From Saccostrea echinata (taxonomy: Eukaryota), in assembly GCF_033153115.1 (NCBI RefSeq), contig NW_026889757.1, forward strand, positions 8,742,001 through 8,806,000: 64,000 nt of DNA, in the 5' to 3' direction. Under the pieces are notes generated by a model. The model was not told where the DNA came from and ran no database searches. It saw only the letters and a list, made by a program, of their open reading frames with translations. Positions 36,202-50,000 of the stretch are shown piece by piece (within the stretch, counting starts at the first letter, position 1; each line of letters begins with the position of its first letter). Position numbers and translations under genes: made by a program.

Positions 36202-39200
36202 TTCTCTCCTGTAATTGGGAGGGAAAAGTTCAAAGTGCATTATCTTTAAATCTGCATTCAAGACATTACTATGTTTTAATTTTGCAGCACATCTTAGTAC
36301 TGTTACTTGATGATATACATTAATATTATGTCTTTATGCAGCAAGAAAATAATTTGTACATATTTGGTTTTTGGGGTTTACGTCAGCTGGTTTTCATAAA
36401 TTAAGATTTGCAACTACTGACATTCCATACTGAATACTGTAGTCAAATATCTTTTGTACACCAGTTTTATATACCTGCAGAAGAAAACTCTTTTGATGTT
36501 AAAGAAAAGATAAACATTTTTCTTTTGTAAAATACTGTGTAATACTTAATTGCTTGTACATACATGTAATACATGTATGTATGGTAATTTTGTCTCTTTA
36601 ATGATCTTGGAAATCCCTTTCTACAAATTAGTTTGAACGACAACTTTTAATTTTTGTGAACATGTTGTGATGCACAATTTTCATGTGCAATATTGCACAG
36701 TTTTCATGTGCAAGATGTGAAATTTTGTGTTAACAAATTTAATTTCTACCATGGCCATGCTGAAGAGTTTTTACAATTTTTCATCGGAGCCTTTCTTTAT
36801 ATTGCATTGTCACAAATTAATGCTCTTCATATTTAATTTTACCATTTATTGAAGTTATTAAAACTTAATCAAAATACCTTGTATTTCAAATTATAAAGTC
36901 TATAGAAATCTTTTCCTACATAAAACTACTATACATATATTTGATACTTGCAATAAATGTTGTTTAATGAAAAACCCATCCACTTACAAAGTCAGAGAGC
37001 TGTTTTGTTTTTTTTTAAATTCCACCCATGTTTGTATGTATTCAAGATAGTTTTACGCATTTTAAATTCTGTTTAAATGCAAATGTAGGAAAGCATGTGG
37101 ATTTAAGCATTCATTCAGTTATATAAAAAACTGAAAAGATTGTAACCAACCATAGTCTTGATGATAAACATAATGTTATAAAATATTTATGTTAGTCCAA
37201 TCATCATTGATCAAGTTTTTTTCCATGTTCAAAGTGAAAGCAGTACGTAAACTATGTTATTATGTCACATGATTGTTCTGATCTTGTAACATGCCAAGTT
37301 GCAAATTTAGGACATGTGAAATTGAAAAAAAGTCCTCAATTTTTTCTACATTTGATCATCAGTAAGCTTGCATGTACTTTTGGGGATTGGGGAATATTGT
37401 TCACTTTCTGATAAAAACCATTATTGTTTGTGAGGCTTGGGAAGCTTTTACATTGATAGTCTTGGCCAGAAAATGACCGGTTAACAGAAGAGTGTCCTTT
37501 CCAAGTTCTTTAGTTCTTTTGTTTTTCAATTGTTTATTTCATAAAAACTCTACTCTTATAGAAAGACATGTTTGGTTGTATAATTATGTATTAGTTTTTG
37601 ATTAGCTTTGTTTTGATGTGTGTACAGTACATGCATATACATGTACTTAAAATTTAATATTACATCAGTACATGTACTATTCAATCTTGTGCCAATATAT
37701 TTGTAAAATCATTATAAACAGTTTATAGCAAATATACAGGTTAAGAGTATGGTTATATCTAATACAATATTTTTGAAGAGTGAAAATTTTGTAGTTCAAT
37801 ACAAGATTAACATAAATATGTATTCTGTTATGTACATGTTTGTACCGGTATCTGTTAATGCATGTATTATGCATGTTTGTCTGCAAAACGTGTTTAAAAA
37901 AAAAAACTTGAGAAAAATGAATTTACTAATGTCTCAATATCATTTCTAATGTTGCATGCCTGAAAAGTTAAAAACTTTTTTGTATGAATTAGATGAACTT
38001 GATTTTGGTGATGTATAAATGTGGGAATAAGGGACAATGAATAAATGAGTCATGTGTTGTAGTTTTCTACTTGTTTAAAAACTGAATGGAAGTATGAATT
38101 AATCATATTGATTGTGGGAGAAAAATTTGATGAATAAATCTAATTTGTTTTAGAGAAGTGTTTGCTTTTCATTAAAATTCTTGGAGTGTATGGGCAATCT
38201 GGTTCCTAGGTAAGATAATGAAACAATTGAATGATGTATGTAGTTCAACGAGTGTCTGTTGTTTAACTTGTCATATTTTAATTTCAGCTTTATATCCAGA
38301 ATCAGTTTCAACCAAACTTGTTACAAAGCATCACTGGAATAGCCTGAGGTCAAAGTTTTAGGGAAAATTCTTAAAATCTTACAAACAGTAAGCCAAGCTA
38401 CTAAATTACATACATGTAATACAAAAACCTCTCATACAATACATGTGGTTAGTTTTTGATATTCATGATTATTAATTTATTTCCCATGGGTCAACATATT
38501 GGAGGTCAACAATTTCAAATTCAATATTAAACCAATTTAAGCTTGTCATTATGGCCATGTACATTATGTAGGTGTAGATAACATTGTTTTTTACAGGATA
38601 CATGTTAAAATGTCCTTTAAGAATTTCAATATTATAAAGATTCTTCCAAATGTCTAACTTTGCTTAAAGAAGAAAAATCAAAAAGTTGCCCTCCAAGATG
38701 GCAGCCAAAGGTAAAAGCTTAGAGGGAAAATACTATCTGTCAATATGCATGAAATGATCAAAACAAAGCTACAGCCTAGATAGACTGACGGATACACAGG
38801 GATGGTGATGCCCTTTAAAATTTATTTCCACTTAGGACTAATACATGTAGATGTGAACTGATAATAAAAACATACATGTATTTATCTGAGTGTATCATTT
38901 TATTTTCCTTTTGCTTGGTAATTAAAAGTAATGTAAAGGCATTACGGTATAATGTAAGTATCTTAAATATAAGAGAAATAAATAATTTTGGACGGAGTTT
39001 ATAAAATAATGCATTCTGTAAGAGAAAATATAAATATTTCACATTTAAGTGTAAAATGATCATTGATCACAATCAAAACAAATATGTGTATATTGTATAT
39101 ACTGATAACAATAAACCTCAATGGTTTCTTCAACAACAACAAAAAAAAAAAAAATTATATCCATTTCTCAGAACATCTTATTGGTCACACTGAAGAATGG

Positions 39201-39214
39201 TTATACAATCCTGT

Positions 39215-42200
39215 CTAAATCTGTGCCACCATAAGATTAGGCAGGCCGTAACACACCATGTTGTACCAGGATCTATCTGGTTGAGGCTCCTGTTCTACTT
39301 CAGGCTCCTTCTCTGCTGGAGTGACCTCCCCTTGGTTTTCCCCGTCCTCTTTCGCAGTCTCTGGTGTTGGTGGTTTTTCTTCGGTCTCAGTTTTTGGTTG
39401 TTCTCTCTGATGAGGTGCAAAAAGCAAACGGACTGTTTCCCCAGTGGTTTTACCTCCCTCCAATAAATCTGCAAATGAATAATTAAAACTTACAACCATA
39501 TTTCACTGTCCTTGATTTAATAGAAGGATATTAGTTAACAAGCCTTATTATCTGTATTGATCACTCGAAAACATGAATGTACTTGAGTCACCCTTTAAAT
39601 CTGATCAGAAAAAACAATGGATAATATACTTAAAGTAAAAGAAATGCAAATTTTCACTGCTATTGGAAAAAATTACTTTATTCACTGACTGAGAGTACCG
39701 TAATTAAAATCTTCAATGAATTTAAACATGCAATGTCCTTAGACTCCATGAAAGAATGGCTGCATCATATTTTAAATGTGAACAAGGTTTTCACTTTCAT
39801 ACATGCTTGGAGATACACCTGACTTATTAAACAGACTTTTTACGTCATTTTCACAAATAACAGTATACTAGTAAGTTCCACCACATTTTAGCTAATATCA
39901 ATGTAAAAGAATGCGGATGTTGAATGGTCTGCAAAGAGGGGTGGGCAAACCATTACATGTATAGTGCTTTTTGCGATGGCATCATCAAAATGAAGTCTTT
40001 CAATGACACACAGTGTACATATACTTTATCCCAACTTCAAATGTTGTTGACAGAATGTTCGAAAGACCACCCATGAAGTGGCAAAAACTTTGTAAAATTG
40101 GCTGAACAGCACATACAAAAGTTTGGACAGGCTGGAAAGATTGAATGTATTGTAAGTTCTTCTTGTAATGTTGGAAGAATGTTCTCAAAATCATTAAATT
40201 TTGATGCATTATTTCTTTTCTCTTTCAGTATACATTTACACATATATAATTTCAAAAAGCTTATGAAAGCTCATGAAATGCATGAGACTAAATAAATGAC
40301 TCCCTGAACGATAAATAATCAATAAGAAAGTAACTACAGTTGTATACATTTTCATCTTTGCTTGGCAGTCAAAAATTCAGTATATAAATCTCATTTCTAG
40401 GCTATCTCCCTCTGACTTACCTTTCATGGACACTTTAAGTCTGTCAGCATTTTCTGCCAGGGTACAGTGCCATTGATTGGACATTAGACATTTTACTCCA
40501 GTAAGACTAATTAACATGGCTGTCTCAACTGGCTTCTCCAACGAAAGAATATTCTCACTGAAATGAAAAGGGATTTTGTTTAACATTACATAATGTTTAA
40601 CATTACAGATTTTCTCATAAATTTTGGAACCTGGATAATTAAAGCAAAGGTTCATGATTAGACAAAACCAACCTCTTTCTGACATCCAGTTTAGATTGCC
40701 TTGTGAAACTCTTGCTTGTTTCAGCCATATCCAGTGAATATATTATAGAGCAATCTAGAATAGAAAATGGCAGTAGCTGAGTGACTTCGTCATATCCAAA
40801 TTTTGTATGAAAAGTGCAGTTATCTAAATAGAACAACTTGGACAGTACACCTTATAGATACTTGAGAAAATCTATTTAAAATATAAAAATACATTTGATT
40901 CAACACTCATTTTAAAATGACCTTTAGTAGTTCTATAAAATATTAAGTACATCAATCCAGGTTTTACAACATCAGTGCATATAGTACAAAGTTGGGCTAT
41001 ACATGCAATTAATGAAGGTATTTTTATTACCGGACTAAAATCTTGCCATAAATGACTAATTTGGCAGATTTTTGTTCTAGAAACCTATATTTGTTTACCC
41101 ACTATGTATATACAGAGTATATACATCTATCAATATTGATTTCAGCAGTATACCTGGAATGTTTAAGGCTGAGAGTTTGGCAGGTGGAATGTAGTTGATA
41201 AACTTCTCCATTCCATAGAAGATAAAGGAACTGTTGTCTGTGAGGTAAATCTCCCACTCACCAACACTACAACAAAGGGCAGTAATATTAATGTGAGGAC
41301 AGTAGTAATTGATCATTTCCCTCCTTAACATAATTAATATACAGTCAAGCCTTGTTAATTCGGACTCCATTATCCAGAGGCTTCACCTTCTGGATGAAAT
41401 CTGTGGAGGAAAGGAATCTAGATTATAAAAAGAAGTCAGATCAACAAGACTCGACTTCACGTACATGCCAGTATGCAACTATAAATAAGGATTGAGCATA
41501 GCTTTCAATGTACATCTAATAAGTAACAAAAGCTGCAAGAATATACCTTGAAACATAAGAGTAATACATGTAGACACCTATTTCTAACTAACATTATATA
41601 TTAAATTCAGCTAGAGAAAATAGAACCACAACAAAACAAACCTTGGTGTATGATCATCTCCTGGCACACCCAGCCATCTTGGAGTAAACTGTTGTTCATA
41701 TTCCTCCATAAGCTTGTTGAATATTTCAATTGGTTTATTAACCTCTGCAAGTTTGAAAGAGAAAAAAAGTCAGAAATAGGCCTACATTCTTAAGTTACTG
41801 ATTACTACAAGAACTAATTATTAGAATGTATAATCACTTAAGAAATTTAATGAATTTAGATTAACAATTTCTTCTTTAATAGAAATTTGCTATTTCTCTT
41901 ACACCTAAGCCTCCCTAATCTATTTCTGTTTCATTGGTAAAGTAATGAATTGAAACCAACCTGTTTCTGCACAATCCAGATGGGAATCCACAATGTCTAT
42001 TTTCATGTTAAAGACATAATGTAACAAAAGTCTCTATCATCACACAAAAAGAATCATGCAATTTGATGTACAAGATGAACTTTAATCATACCAAGTGAAA
42101 AATACTACATATTTCTGATTTTTTTTTTTTTTTTTTTTTATAATTATCAATAATTATCAAAAGATCTACTTGTACCTGCCACTGAGGGATTTAGCTATGC

Positions 42201-45200
42201 TACTTTATAAAACCATCCAATACAGTTACAGTTATAAAATGCAAATAAATGTATGCTTTTATCTAGATTTCTTTGAAGTATGATTAAAGACATTAGATTT
42301 GACTGCAATAATTCTCAACAAAAGAAGGATACATCTGAAGTTCATGGTATCCACAGTGTGATGCCAAGGTTGTAAATCTCTGTGTAATGGAATCTGTAAT
42401 GTATTCAAAATTCTTTTCAATTTGACCCATTTCATGGAACACATTGTACCAATATAACATTACTGAGCATGATGTACCAGTATAAATGTTATAAAGTGAA
42501 GTATTGTCATTTAAACATGAATTTCTTTCAGTAGTTATAGCACTGTTACTTCTTTGGCATATTGTTTTCAGTATAGATTTTCCAGTTATTTGTGACGTAC
42601 AATCTTAGCCTGTTTTTTACTGGCGTCCCTGAGTCCGGGTATTCTAGACAAGGGATTGTCCTGGTTCTTAGCCTTCTGTTTCTTCTTCTCCTCATTTTGT
42701 TGTTCTAAAAATAGTAATAAATATACTTGATATGATGTACAGCAATACTAGTGAGATTATCTCTTCAAAATAAATTGTAATTAATGTCTTCTCCTCCCCT
42801 TGAAACAAAAAAAAATTATCATTGGAAAGTAATGAATAAACATTTCATAAAGTGTGTTTATTTTGATAGCAAATACTTCTTTTCAAAATACTTATAACTC
42901 AAATTTTGTCTTTCTTTTTGTAAAGAGTTAAAAACTGAAAGAAACAAATTTCTAGATTTGTAACATCATTGTTAATCTAAGTCCATATTTTATAACTTTG
43001 TAGCCTAACAGTTCAATACTGAAGATTTATCCAACTAACAAAAATGAAGACTATAAACTACAGTAAAATATACTAAAATCTACAGCTACAGTAAAAATCT
43101 TAAGCATCTTACATTACTTATGGGCCTTTTTTATGAAGTGATATTCTAATTACATGTAGTGGTGAAGAATGAAATGCATCTATAGAATGTCCAAACTAAC
43201 AAAGGACTCTACACGAAAACTGTTCCTAAGAAATCTGACGCAAGAATTTGCAGGCAATTTAAGTAAAAATTATATAACTGAGTGAGAAATCTCTCCAGAT
43301 ATACAATACACTTTCAAGTGTGCATGCTCTATTTACTGGAAGCATTATTTAACAAAGCTTTTAGATTCCTAATGGCATTCATAAATACATATTATAAATT
43401 ATATTATTTCACTAGATTTTTCAAAATTCCAACTTCATATAACCATGCTATATAAAAGCTAGTTGTAAAGTTAGAATAAAAAGAGAAAATATCCAAGAAT
43501 CTGGAGTCTACAGAGTGCTTAGTATGGCTACCTGACTCCACAATTTTTCCAGTACGAGAGGCGTTAGTTGGCGTTTTACGTTCTGAAAATCCAAGCATTC
43601 ATTGATACATTGACATAAAGCACATCAAAAGCTGTAATGTATATGCACACCAATACACCAAGATATATATATCATAAAAATAGCAGATTTTGTAAAGAAT
43701 GAAAAGTCTGAATTTGCATCGATCCAGTCAATATTTTACACATAATGTAGTTTAATTAAGGGAGAAAAATAACACCAATGGCAATCAGTTACTATTAAAA
43801 AAAAAAAAAATTTCAAACAAGCATGAATTATTTTGCATATGTTTTCAAAATAGTTCAAAAGATCATAGTTTACTAATCTTTAAGCACCACATAAATTGGG
43901 AAGGCATATTTCTAATCATTTCACAATTTTAAACTTGCTGAGCTATTTCATTGGCATTTTTCTCCCTTTTCTGCAGAAATGTTAAAAGAAACCTGACTAA
44001 TAATTCACAGTTAATTTCCAGATGGGGTTCAGAGAAAACAATCAGTAAACACTATAACATTCCGATTTTACTTTATTTTACTAGCCACATGAATCTTTAT
44101 CCTGACTGATTCCTTCATTGGCTAATACAATGAATTTTGACACATGATGTCTACAATATAAAATATAGCTATGGAAGCTAAAAAGCTACTGAGAATAAAG
44201 TGACCCACATTACCAGTTGGTTTATGTTTACGAGATCCTTGTAACTGAGAATCTACAGAATCATTTAGACAATTAAGATGTTGATTAGTTATAAATTAAA
44301 AGATTCTATCTTAGTTCATATAATAAACAGTGTATACCAGAAAACCCATCAACAACTGATACAGAATACATGGCAGTTATATCTACCTACCATTAGCCAT
44401 ATCTTTGAAAATTAAATGAAATGGAATTTACAAACATGGAAGCATGCAAATTTCAAAGCTTTATAAATTAATAATTTACAACACATGGTTGATTGCTGTC
44501 AACAAATACAATGGAAGCAAATAACACATACTCATTAAGCTTTGATATGTTTAAAATATCCTTTGATTCGAGCTTTATGTATGAATTTTTAAAAACATAT
44601 TTTTTCAAAATTTCTTTCATTGATGACAAATTATGCAAATTGACAAAGAGCTCATATTCCACTCAACCAGAACTCAAAATCTTTGATCCACACCACATTT
44701 TCTTTCCCCGATTCTCACCTGTTGCTTCATCCTTGTAGAACCTATGATGAAATAGAGACAGAGAGAAGTCTCTACACAGGGCTGTGACATTCTCCACCTG
44801 TAGGAACTCCAAGGCCTCCAGTGGCATGTGCATTAACATGGAGTCCACTAACAGAATAACATATTCGTGGGGAGGGGCTTCGGACTGCCCCTTGTTGTCT
44901 TTATTAGTGCTGGTGGGAGTTACCACATGGGGCCTGAAATAGTTTACATTTCAACAATGTTAAAAAAACTACCTGTAATTTTATATAAAACTATACAAAA
45001 GCCTTCCAGTGCAGCATCAATATTTGATGTACTATGGAATATTTCTTATATCGTATAAGTGGAAATTTTAGCGAAACGCAAATTTAACGATTTGTCCTTA
45101 ATATTCAGTATTTAATTTTAACGACAAATAATTTTTAGTGATTTTATGGTGCATAAAAAAAATAACAGTAACCTTCTAATGCAGAATAAATTGTTAGCAA

Positions 45201-47001
45201 TATTTAATTTAAGCTATCTCAACACCCTCACTAAAAATGCCAAAATTGAATTCTCGCTAAAATTTCTGCTTTTACAGTACATTGCAACCTCCTAGGTCAG
45301 ATTTTGTTTAAACATTTTACTGTAGATCATAGACTTGTTAACTCTTGATAGATAATTTACTTAGATATTACCATCACTTGAAATGAGGAAGACTGAGGGA
45401 CAAAAGATGACTTACAACAGAAGCCCCTCAGCTTGGAGGTGAGGGGATTAAGCTACGACATATGTCAGAACTCCCACTAGCTGGGAGGTGAGGGGGTTTA
45501 AGCCATGACATATGTCAGAAGTCCCACTAGGTGGGAGCTGAGGAGTTTTAGGTTATGACTTACATCACAAGTCCCACTTGGTGGAACGAGAGGGGTCTAA
45601 GGTAATGACCTACATCAGAAATCCCACTAGGTTGGGTGAGGATTTAAGATAATGACTTACCTCAAAAGTCCCACTAGGTGGTAGGGTTAAGATGTTGTCT
45701 TATGTCACAAATCCCACTAGGTGGGAGGAGAGGAGTTTAACATAATGACTTACATCAGAAATCCCACTAGGTGGAGGGGGTGGGGGGGGGGGGCATTGAG
45801 TTTTAAGATAAGATGATGACATATATCAGGAGTAAATGAGGGGTTTAAAATAATAAATTACATCAGAAGTCCAACTGAGAGGTTAAAGATAAAGATTTGC
45901 TTCAGAAGCCCCACTAGGCTGAGGGTGAGGGGTTTAAGATAATAATTTATGTCATAAGTCCCACTAGGTGGGAGGTTACTGGTAAGGCATGAATTATGTC
46001 AGATGTCCCACTAGCTGGGAGGTGAGGGTTTTAAGATAATGACTTAAGTCAGAAGCCCCACTAGCTGGGAAGTGAGGGTTTTAAGATAATGACTTACATC
46101 AGAAGCCCCACTAGCTTGGAGGTGAGGATATTTAGATAATGACTTACATCAGAAGCCCCACTAGCTGGGAGGTGAGGGTATTTAGATAATGACTTACATC
46201 AGAAACCCCACTAGCTGGGAGGTGAGGGTATTTAGATAATAACTTACATCAGAAGCCCAACTAGCTGGGAAGTGAGAATTTTAAGACAATGACTTACGTC
46301 AGAAGCCCCACTAACTGGGAGGTGAGGGGTTTAAGATAAGCCTCCATGTCCTTGAGGAGATTTCTGAATTCTTCCTGAAGTCTAGCCTCTTCCTCATGAT
46401 CTTTCTCATCATGCTGATGCTGAAGAAAACAGAAAAAGAACTGATGCTTAGTACATTTCCTATTCATTAAGAGTCTGGTGATAATTATTTCATTTTTTTT
46501 TTGGACAAAATGGTCAAGTTTGCTTTTAACACACTCCATATGACCATTAAAAAGATATGTTATCTTCAAAAGAGAATGGTGCATAACAATATCAATCAAA
46601 ATTAATCGAATTCATCTCAAAATAATCATTAAAGATATCTTGATAATCAGTCAGATGTGACTTAAAATTGTCATACGTGTGTTTGTTTCTTCAGACTTTC
46701 GTCTAGATTTTCCAGCATTTTCTGCCTCATCATGGCCTGAGAGCGTTGATACTCCTGCTTCAGAAGGAACGTTTGGACACTCTGATGGTGGTCCTCAAAC
46801 TTATTCAGCAGTTCGTTCAGAAGCTGGGGACTTGTTTCTGCTCCAAACACCTTAGCTCTACTATGTGCTACAAAAGTAAAATGGTTATGTTTTATCTGGT
46901 CAATGAAAGGGAATTATGTATATTTTTGAACTTATTTTAACACAGCACATGTACATTTACAGTTCCTTTTCTTTCTTTCTTTGTTGTTTAATGTCCCTCT
47001 G

Positions 47002-47033
<32 letters not shown>

Positions 47034-50000
47034 CTTGCTGGTGGAGGGCTGCAAATTTAGACTTATACTCGGCACTCAGGGCCATTGAGCAGCCACAGAT
47101 CTTTTTTGTGCCAGCACCTACTATGACCTTGGTTTAAACAACAATTGTTGCAACCACTATTGAAATAACGACCACTATTGAAATAATTATTTCAATAGTG
47201 GTTGAAAGTGCATAAACTAAACACTGGTTGTAACCACTATTGAAATAACGTTTACTATTGAAATAATTATTTCAGTAGTGGTTGAAAGTGCATTTCAAAC
47301 CAAAAACTGGTTGAAACCACTATTGAAATAACGTTCAATATTGAAATAATTATTTCAATAGTGGACGTTATTTCAATAGTGGTTACAAAATGCCTCTCAA
47401 AACCGAACACAGGTTGCAACCACTTTTGAAATACAATGTAACGTTCACTATTGAAACAATGATTTCAACAGAGGTTTTGAATGCTTTTTAAAGCTTTAAC
47501 CAGGTTGCAACCATTATTGAAATAATGTTCACTTTTAAAATAAAGACTTGAATAGTGATGAAATAATGATTTCAATAGTGATTGAAATAATGATTTCAAC
47601 AGTGATTGAAATAATTATTTTATGGCTGCTGACAATGATTTCAATACCAAAACCATATTGCAAGCCTTACTGAAATGACCCCTCTAATGAAAGAAAAATA
47701 TAAGGATGACTTGTTCATTACGTTTTTCAACATAATAAATTAATTTATTGAGTTTAAATTATGATGTGTAAATTAATGTTTTCTTTTCCTTTCTAAAAAT
47801 TACCATTAATATACGGACATCTATGATTTAACTGACGTACTTAAAATTAATACAAATGCAAATGTTTATAAGCAAGCTTCTGCTGAATCTGGCAGACTCG
47901 GCGAAAACCAACAGACAATTAATCAATATATGCAAGTTTTAAGTGATTTTGTTATATTTAAGGTTCATTTTGCCATTGATTTGGAAAGGAAAGGATCATA
48001 ATTACAGATAGAGGTGAACATTATTTCAATAGTGGTTGCAACCTGGTTTCATTTCTGAAAAGCATTCAAAACCTCTATTGAAATCATTGTTTCAATAGTG
48101 AACGTTATTTCATAAGTGATTGCAACCTGTATTTGGTTCTGAAATGCACATTCAACCACTATTGAAATAATTATTTCAATAGTGAACGTTATTTCAATAG
48201 TGGTTACATCATGTGTTTGGATTTGAAATGCACTCTCAACCACTATTGAAATAATTATTTCAATAGTGAACGTTATTTCAATAGTGGTTACATCATGTGT
48301 TTGGATTTGAAATGCACTCTCAACCACTATTGAAATAATTATTTCAATAGTGAACGTTATTTCAATAGTGGTTACAACCAGTGTTTAGTTTTGAAATGCA
48401 CTCTCAACCACTGTCGAAATAATTATTTCAATAGTGGTCGTTATTTCAATAGTGGTTGCAACAATGCACCATGCAGGTGACTTTCTTTTGAAATTACAAG
48501 ATAATCCAATAAAATCTAGGAAACTGACTGGACCCAACAATATCCTCAGCAGAATAATCTTAACCTTTTGATGCTTTAAATATGAGTGTATATATACTAG
48601 ATTATCTTAAAGATTTTCTTCTCTAATAAACAGTCATATCTATAATTTTGATCCTTTGACCTTGACTTCTAATAAAATAACCTTAAAATCAGTAGGTGTT
48701 TTCTTTTAACCATCTTTAACCTGTATTGTAAATATCAATTTATTTGGTTCAGAAGAACTCTCATTATGTCACAAAAAAATTCAATTATCTTGATCTTATG
48801 ACCTTGACCTTTGTTCAATAACCCCCAATTCTTATGCCTCATTCATCCCTGTGTTTGAATATGAAGTCACATTGTTTAATGTAGGGCAATTCAGATCTTT
48901 TATAAAGTCTTAAGAATAAGGTTACCTGGTGGTGCTTGTTGTTTGGGGTTTTTGCCTCCTCCCCCAGCTAAGGCAGTGTTTTTGGGTTTGTCTAAAATAG
49001 CACCATACAAGAATGACCTACAACAAAACATTTTACATATTCAACAATGACATTAGTCAGGAAAACTATTAATTTAATTATTTTTTTATCTAAATTGTTT
49101 AATTGTCATATTTGATTGAAAATACATTTTTTTCATTATTTTGAGGCATGTCATTTTAGAACCTACTTGTCTGGAGAATGCTGGAGAATAATAAAATTGA
49201 AGTGAGGTGGGAAATCCTTGAGAAGTTCCAAATGATTGGTTTGTACTTCTAGATTCTTCCAGGCCTGCAATGAAAGAATAATTTTTCTAATTAAAGACTT
49301 ACAATACTCAAATTAAATACATGTACAATATTTTGTATCTATGTTTATCCCAATCTTCATTTGTTTCAGAAAGCATAGCTCCTTTACATTTTCCCATTCC
49401 TCAATCTACATAAAAAGATCTACTTAATGGATAATGACATACCTGCCAGTTCTGCTCCAATGATTGAGTGACCGTTTTCATCATCTCACTCACTGACAGA
49501 TTCAGACTGACTTCTTTGTCTAACATAGCTTTCCTCTGATGCAGCAGTGCAGCCAAGCGTGAAGTACAAGGATCCATCTGTGCACGTTTTAGCAGTTTTT
49601 CCAACTCCATTGATGCAGAACAGCTCTAAAATCAAACATACCAAAATATTATATACTTTGTGTTCACTCCAAAAATACAAGGAATATTCATTGAAGATCT
49701 CCTATTACACACCCTTAATATCAAGCTTACAATAAAGTATGTGTAAATCATATACAATACAATCTAAAAAATAAATATCTACTATTGAAATTAACATGAT
49801 TAACAAGAATTTATTTACTTTCCTTAGCTCTGAATGTATAAACCTTCACAATTCAAAGCTTTACAGTATTTTACAGATTTTAAGTATTTATCTTTAGAAG
49901 CAAATGTTGTATGAAATCTAGTAGAGATTACATTTAAAACGATTTTTCCCTCATTAACGTACCTGATGTAATGCTAGGAAGAGACTGGCAGACTGGGGGT

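Noticed and set aside
40755-40823. Longer version of a CFAP46 exon suggested by ORF 40639-40836
   Set aside because: The acceptor at 40755-40756 has the better pyrimidine tract and the same phase; the extension looks intronic.
48049-48327. 92-aa ORF with 28-aa repeats
   Set aside because: Translation of the 84-bp foldback modules, not a gene.
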